Below are positions 59,490-64,000 of a stretch of DNA of 64,000 nt, one piece after another. The position numbers and the translations under genes were made by a program. The notes under the pieces are model-generated. The model was not told the DNA's origin, searched no databases, and saw nothing but the letters and a program-made list of their open reading frames with translations. Position 1 is the stretch's first letter; every line of letters begins with the position of its first letter. The DNA comes from Octopus vulgaris (lineage: Eukaryota), in assembly GCA_951406725.2 (NCBI GenBank), contig OX597814.1:206584001-206648000 (forward strand). Direction: 5' to 3'.

Positions 59490-59571
59490 AAATTTGAAGA
59501 ATATCTCCAAAATAAAGACGAAAATGAAGGAATGATGGATAAACAGGAAAAGGAAAGATTTCATTCAAAAG
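59490..59571 (+). CDS. PARP14: Second copy of the 82-nt exon (allelic haplotype copy or duplicated exon)
   Basis: Same splice sites as 54306-54387; KFEEYLQNKDENEGMMDKQEKERFHSK (3 amino-acid differences); lies in the 5.1 kb duplicated block. Confidence 0.6.
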
Positions 59572-60129
59572 GTAAACAATTTGTTTGTTGATATTGAATA
59601 TTATGGTGTTTTGTCATACCGTCTCTATTAAACACTGTTTATTATAAATATGATTAATGTTAATATCATTATTATCATTCTGTGCCGGTGGCACATAAAA
59701 AGCACCACCCGACTGTGGCCGTGGCCAGCACCGCCCGACTGGCCTCTGTGCTGGTGGCACGTAAAAAGCACAATCCGATCGTGGCTGTTGCCAGCTTCAC
59801 CTGGCCCCCGTGCCGGTGGACGTAAGAAGCACCATCCGTCCATGACCGTTTGCCAGCCCCGTCTGGCATCTGTCCCGGTGGGACATAAAAAGCACCATCC
59901 GATCGTGGCCGTTGCCAGCCCCGTCTGGCACCTGAGCCGGTAGCACGTAAAAAGCACCCACTACACTCACGGAGTGGTTGGCGTTAGGAAGGGCATCCAG
60001 CCATAGAAACACTGCCAGATCAGACTGCGCCTGGTGCAGCCTTCTGGCTTCCCAGACCCCAGTTGAACGGTCCAACCCATGCTAGCATGGAAAGCGGACA
60101 CTAAATAATGATGATGATTATTATTAATT

Positions 60130-60143
60130 ATTAATGATTAATG

Positions 60144-60178
<35 letters not shown>

Positions 60179-60960
60179 TATTATTATGATTGCTATTATT
60201 GTTATAGATGTGGCACAGTATACAATATCGTGAGATTGTTGATCGAAGATATTGTGTCTACTGGGGTTTGCAGTGTTTGTCAAGTCACAAGAAGGACCTC
60301 AGGCAGACAATACTTTACACAATTCCAAGTAATGCTGACTTTTGCAATACATCTAGATTGCGGAGTATCTCTAAGGACTTCAGATGTTTTTTTTCAGTTT
60401 GGATCGTATTGAACCCATTACTCCGATGACAATAGGGATAACCTTTATGTTTGACTCTTGTACCTGCCACATCTTAGCAATCTCAATTCTCAGGTTTCCA
60501 TATTTATCAACCTTTTTCTCTTTATTTCATGATGATGTGTTGATCTCCTGGCCCTGCCAAATCGATTATTTGGCACTTTTGTTTGTCCCTTCTAAAGGTT
60601 TCTATATCTGGCCTTCAGTTCTCTAACACTTTGTCTGTCTGGAAATCAAAGTCCCAGAGGATTTTTGCCTTCCCCTTTTCGTTCATTACTTTTTTTGGTG
60701 TATGTTGGTACCAAGCACCCATAACCTCATATCCATACTTATGGCATAGTAGCCAGTGGAGGTTTTCGGCTACTTTGTCGTGTCTACGCTTGAACTCTTC
60801 CTGCGCAAGACTTTCTCAAGCACTACTTTCGGCCCTCTTCCCACACATTCTTCAGAGATCCGTTGCACTTGTGTGGTATATATTCTTTTCCACTGAGTCC
60901 TGGGCCCAAATGATTAGGCTTTCAGTATTTTTGATTAGGTCACCCTTGTTGAGCCATTCT
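60130..60960 (-). mobile_element. R4/Dong-like LINE 3' remnant ending in (TAA)n (partial duplicate at 54960-55382)
   Basis: Minus strand RRHDKVAENLHWLLCHKYG..KILWDFDFQTDKVL..LQKSALLG; abuts (TAT)n. Confidence 0.8.
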
Positions 60961-61219
60961 ATGATGCTTCTTTGTCTTTTAATTTGTTGGTTCCACAGTG
61001 GAACTGACCATGTAATTCCATACGGAGTAGGGTTTCTTCTCTCTCGTCGGCTGTTCGTGATCAGAATTCATGTTTACCCTCAAGTTCCTGTGCTATCAGA
61101 ATAGTAGCTGTTGTACTATTTGTAGTATTAGCAGCTGCAGTATCTTATCATTATTTTTCTTTTTATCATTGTCACCATCACCACCACTACAACTCTGCAT
61201 GTTTCTAGTAATCCCCTAT

Positions 61220-61560
61220 GTCAGTACAAATCCGTTTTATCCTCAACTATTGGGATTTGGGATTTGACCAAATTATATGCTGTGGATGATCGGTGGTGGA
61301 AGTAAATGTGGGATGACATGGGCTTGCAAAGTAACTCTGTCACTATTCTGCCTCCAGAAAACTTAACTTTTGTGTCCAAATAATCAATGCTAGTTTTTGA
61401 AAAACTAGACGTAAATTTTATGTTGGACTTAAAGCCAGTTTTTAGCATAACAGTCACAGAAATGCAAGAATTTAATTAAACTATCTGGCAATCCTTCCCA
61501 AGCAAAATGACGTAATTTTAGTTTTCCCACATGTGTAGCCTTTAGGGGCCATTCTGGTAA
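61220..61560 (-). mobile_element. Penelope-like element RT fragment
   Basis: NIKFTSSFSKTSIDYLDTKV..IVTELLCKPMSSHIYFHHRSS, matching the PLE RT C-terminal pattern IKFT..FLD..KPT..YLH..S. Confidence 0.65.
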
Positions 61561-61796
61561 TTGTTTGGGCTAAAATACAAGGGTGGGGAACGAGAATTTT
61601 TCATCCATTGAAAAGAAGAGCTGGTCCCCCAGAAGAGAGAACAGCCAAGTCTTAAAAGCAACAACAACATCAACAATAGTGCATGTGAGGCCTAGGAAAA
61701 CGATTTTGCCTTGCTTCTGTCATCCCATTTCACCATCACAGGAACAAAAGAAATTAATGAGAAAAAGTGACAACAACAGCAAGAAAACACCTGCCA

Positions 61797-63600
61797 TGCA
61801 TCATCGTTTAACATCTGTTTTCTAAGCATGCATGGATTGGACAGTTGACAGGAGCCGGCAAGGTGGAAAATAACTACCCTTCGCTACTGTGTCTGTTTTG
61901 GCAGGAATTTTACAGCTGGATGCACTTCCTAACACCAACCACTCAGCAGAGTGGACTCAGTACATTTTACGTGGAACTAGCACAACAAAGTTAGTTTTGG
62001 CATTATTTTTGCAGCTAGATGCCCTTCCAAATGCAAGCCATTTCACAATGTGCAGTGGATGCTTTTTACATGGCACCAGTGCTGGCAGGGTCACCAAGAT
62101 AATGAATTATGAGAGGGGCAAGGCATTTGATGAGGAGAGCTTGTGTCAGATGATGAAAGGTTAGAGTGTGACAGAGAGACAGAAACAGGGGTCTTGCCAT
62201 AACAGAGAGGGCATTGGAGGAGGTGATCCAGTAGTAGATGATGAAATGTTAGAGTGTGACAGAGAGACAGAAACAGGGGTCTTGCCATAACAGAGAGGGC
62301 ATTGGAGGTGGTGATCCAGTAGTAGATGATGAAAGGTTAGAGTGTGACAGAGAGACAGAAAGAGGGGTCTTGCCATAACAGAGAGGGCATTGGAGGAGGT
62401 GATCCAGTAGTAGATGATGAAATGTTAGAGTGTGACAAAGAGACAGAAAGAGGGGTCTTGCCATAACAGAGAGGGCATTGGAGGAGGTGATCCAGTAGTA
62501 GATGATGAAATGTTAGAGTGTGACAGAGAGACAGAAAGAGGGGTCTTGCCATAACAGAGAGGGCATTGGAGGTGGTGATCCAGTAGTAGATGATGAAATG
62601 TTAGAGTGTGACAGAGAGACAGAAAGAGGGGTCTTGCCATAACAGAGAGGGCATTGGAGGTGGTGATCCAGTAGTAGATGATGAAATGTTAGAGTGTGAC
62701 AGAGAGACAGAAAGAGGGGTCTTGCCATAACAGAGAGGGCATTGGTGGAGGTGATCCAGTAGTAGATGATGAAATGTTAGAGTGTGACAGAGAGACAGAA
62801 AGAGGGGTCTTGCCATAGCAGAGAGGGCATTGGAGGAGGTGATCCAGTAGTAGATGATGAAATGTTAGAGTGTGACAGAGAGACAGAAAGAGGGGTCTTG
62901 CCATAACAGAGAGGGCATTGGAGGTGGTGATCCAGTAGTAGATGATGAAATGTTAGAGTGTGACAGAGAGACAGAAAGAGGGGTCTTGCCATAACAGAGA
63001 GGGCATTGGAGGTGGTGATCCAGTAGTAGATGATGAAATGTTAGAGTGTGACAGAGAGACAGAAAGAGGGGTCTTGCCATAACAGAGAGGGCATTGGTGG
63101 AGGTGATCCAGTAGTAGATGATGAAATGTTAGAGTGTGACAGAGAGACAGAAAGAGGGGTCTTGCCATAGCAGAGAGGGCATTGGAGGAGGTGATCCAGT
63201 AGTAGATGATGAAATGTTAGAGTGTGACAGAGAGACAGAAAGAGGGGTCTTGCCATAACAGAGAGGGCATTGGTGGAGGTGATCCAGTAGTAGATGATGA
63301 AATGTTAGAGTGTGACAGAGAGACAGAAAGAGGGGTCTTGCCATAACAGAGAGGGCATTGGTGGAGGTGATCCAGTAGTAGATGATGAAATGTTAGAGTG
63401 TGACAGAGAGACAGAAAGAGGGGTCTTGCCATAACAGAGAGGGCATTGGTGGAGGTGATCCAGTAGTAGATGATGAAATGTTAGAGTGTGACAGAGAAAT
63501 AAAGAAGCAGAGATAGATGTCTTGCTATAGAGGAGAGACATGGTTACCGAGGGACAGAGAAAGAGGTACACAAAAGAGGCCAGAAATTGGTGTGAAGGAA
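61797..63600 (-). mobile_element. RTE-type 3' UTR element hosting the 88-bp array
   Basis: catcatcgtttaacatc..tacagctggatgc..; flanks collinear with 9890-10320 and 36850-37200. Confidence 0.7.
62161..63497. repeat. Tandem array, 88-bp unit, 15 full copies plus partial
   Basis: ttagagtgtgacagagagacagaaagaggggtcttgccataacagagagggcattggaggaggtgatccagtagtagatgatgaaatg starts at 62161+88n. Confidence 0.97.
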
Positions 63601-64000
63601 GTATTTGATTACCTAGGCAGAGGGACAACAAGAAGAGAGAGAGAGAGAGAGAGAGAGAAAATGAGGAAGAATGAGACATGCAAATCTAGTCGTAACGATT
63701 TCAACTTTGCAAGAGGAACCACAGAATTAAGTGAAGACATTTTTTATCGATGGAAATGAATTCAAGAGTGCAAAATGTAGCAGAAAAATGGTGTTAAACA
63801 TTCATAGAACTGGCCCCCCAAAAAATTAATTTGTGGACAGTTCTATATAAAACAACTGAAGTCAAAAGTAGGGAAGTGGAGCAGGCAACACAGCAGCAAA
63901 TAGAGAAATACCTAGAAGCAGTTTAGAAAAGCAAAGCCTACGTAGCCAGGTTAAAGAAAGAAATATGGGACTGTCAAAGTGCGGTCTGTCTCAGAGGAGG

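Larger units (their letters stand above)
50292..60567. repeat. Near-identical 5.1 kb direct duplication (50292-55382 vs 55483-60567) flanking a 100-N gap
   Basis: Collinear sequence with scattered SNPs and small indels; both breakpoints coincide with the gap edges. Confidence 0.95.

Noticed and set aside
62161-63497. Tandem family of 71-aa Cys/His ORFs
   Set aside because: The 88-bp period is not a multiple of 3; the overlapping ORFs are artefacts of the repeat.
60568-64000. Further PARP exons (Macro3/WWE/ART)
   Set aside because: No phase-1 exon with recognisable motifs was found; the gene presumably continues beyond the window.

Overview
AT-rich, repeat-dense eukaryotic DNA. The repeat families look like an octopus/cephalopod genome, which is an inference from recollected repeat consensuses. 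The whole window is spanned by one + strand, multi-exon macrodomain ADP-ribosyltransferase-family gene (PARP14/PARP9-like). I reconstructed 9 phase-compatible GT-AG exons by hand (2674-2910, 6591-6824, 22830-24158, 29276-29524, 40574-40753, 46902-47038, 47320-47547, 48158-48385, 54306-54387; about 968 codons). They encode RRM-like modules, a KH-like region, a hydrolase-type macrodomain 1 and a degenerate macrodomain 2. The start codon and any WWE/ART domains are not visible in the window. The introns are filled with transposon debris: RTE LINEs and their 3' ends, R4/Dong-like RLE LINEs in (TAA)n, a near-intact CR1 RT, Tx1, Penelope, Ty3/Gypsy, maT/Tc1, Chapaev-like, pogo, a Helitron and two tRNA-derived SINE families. 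There are three tandem arrays (115 bp SINE-derived, 18/54 bp, and 88 bp with 4-mer higher-order structure). A 5.1 kb near-duplicate flanks a 100-N gap and is probably a haplotype artefact. The most intriguing signal is a set of hammerhead-ribozyme-like motifs, including a highly structured element at 41286-41431 whose three hammerhead strands occur in a non-circularly permuted order. Transposon boundaries are approximate and were read by eye.
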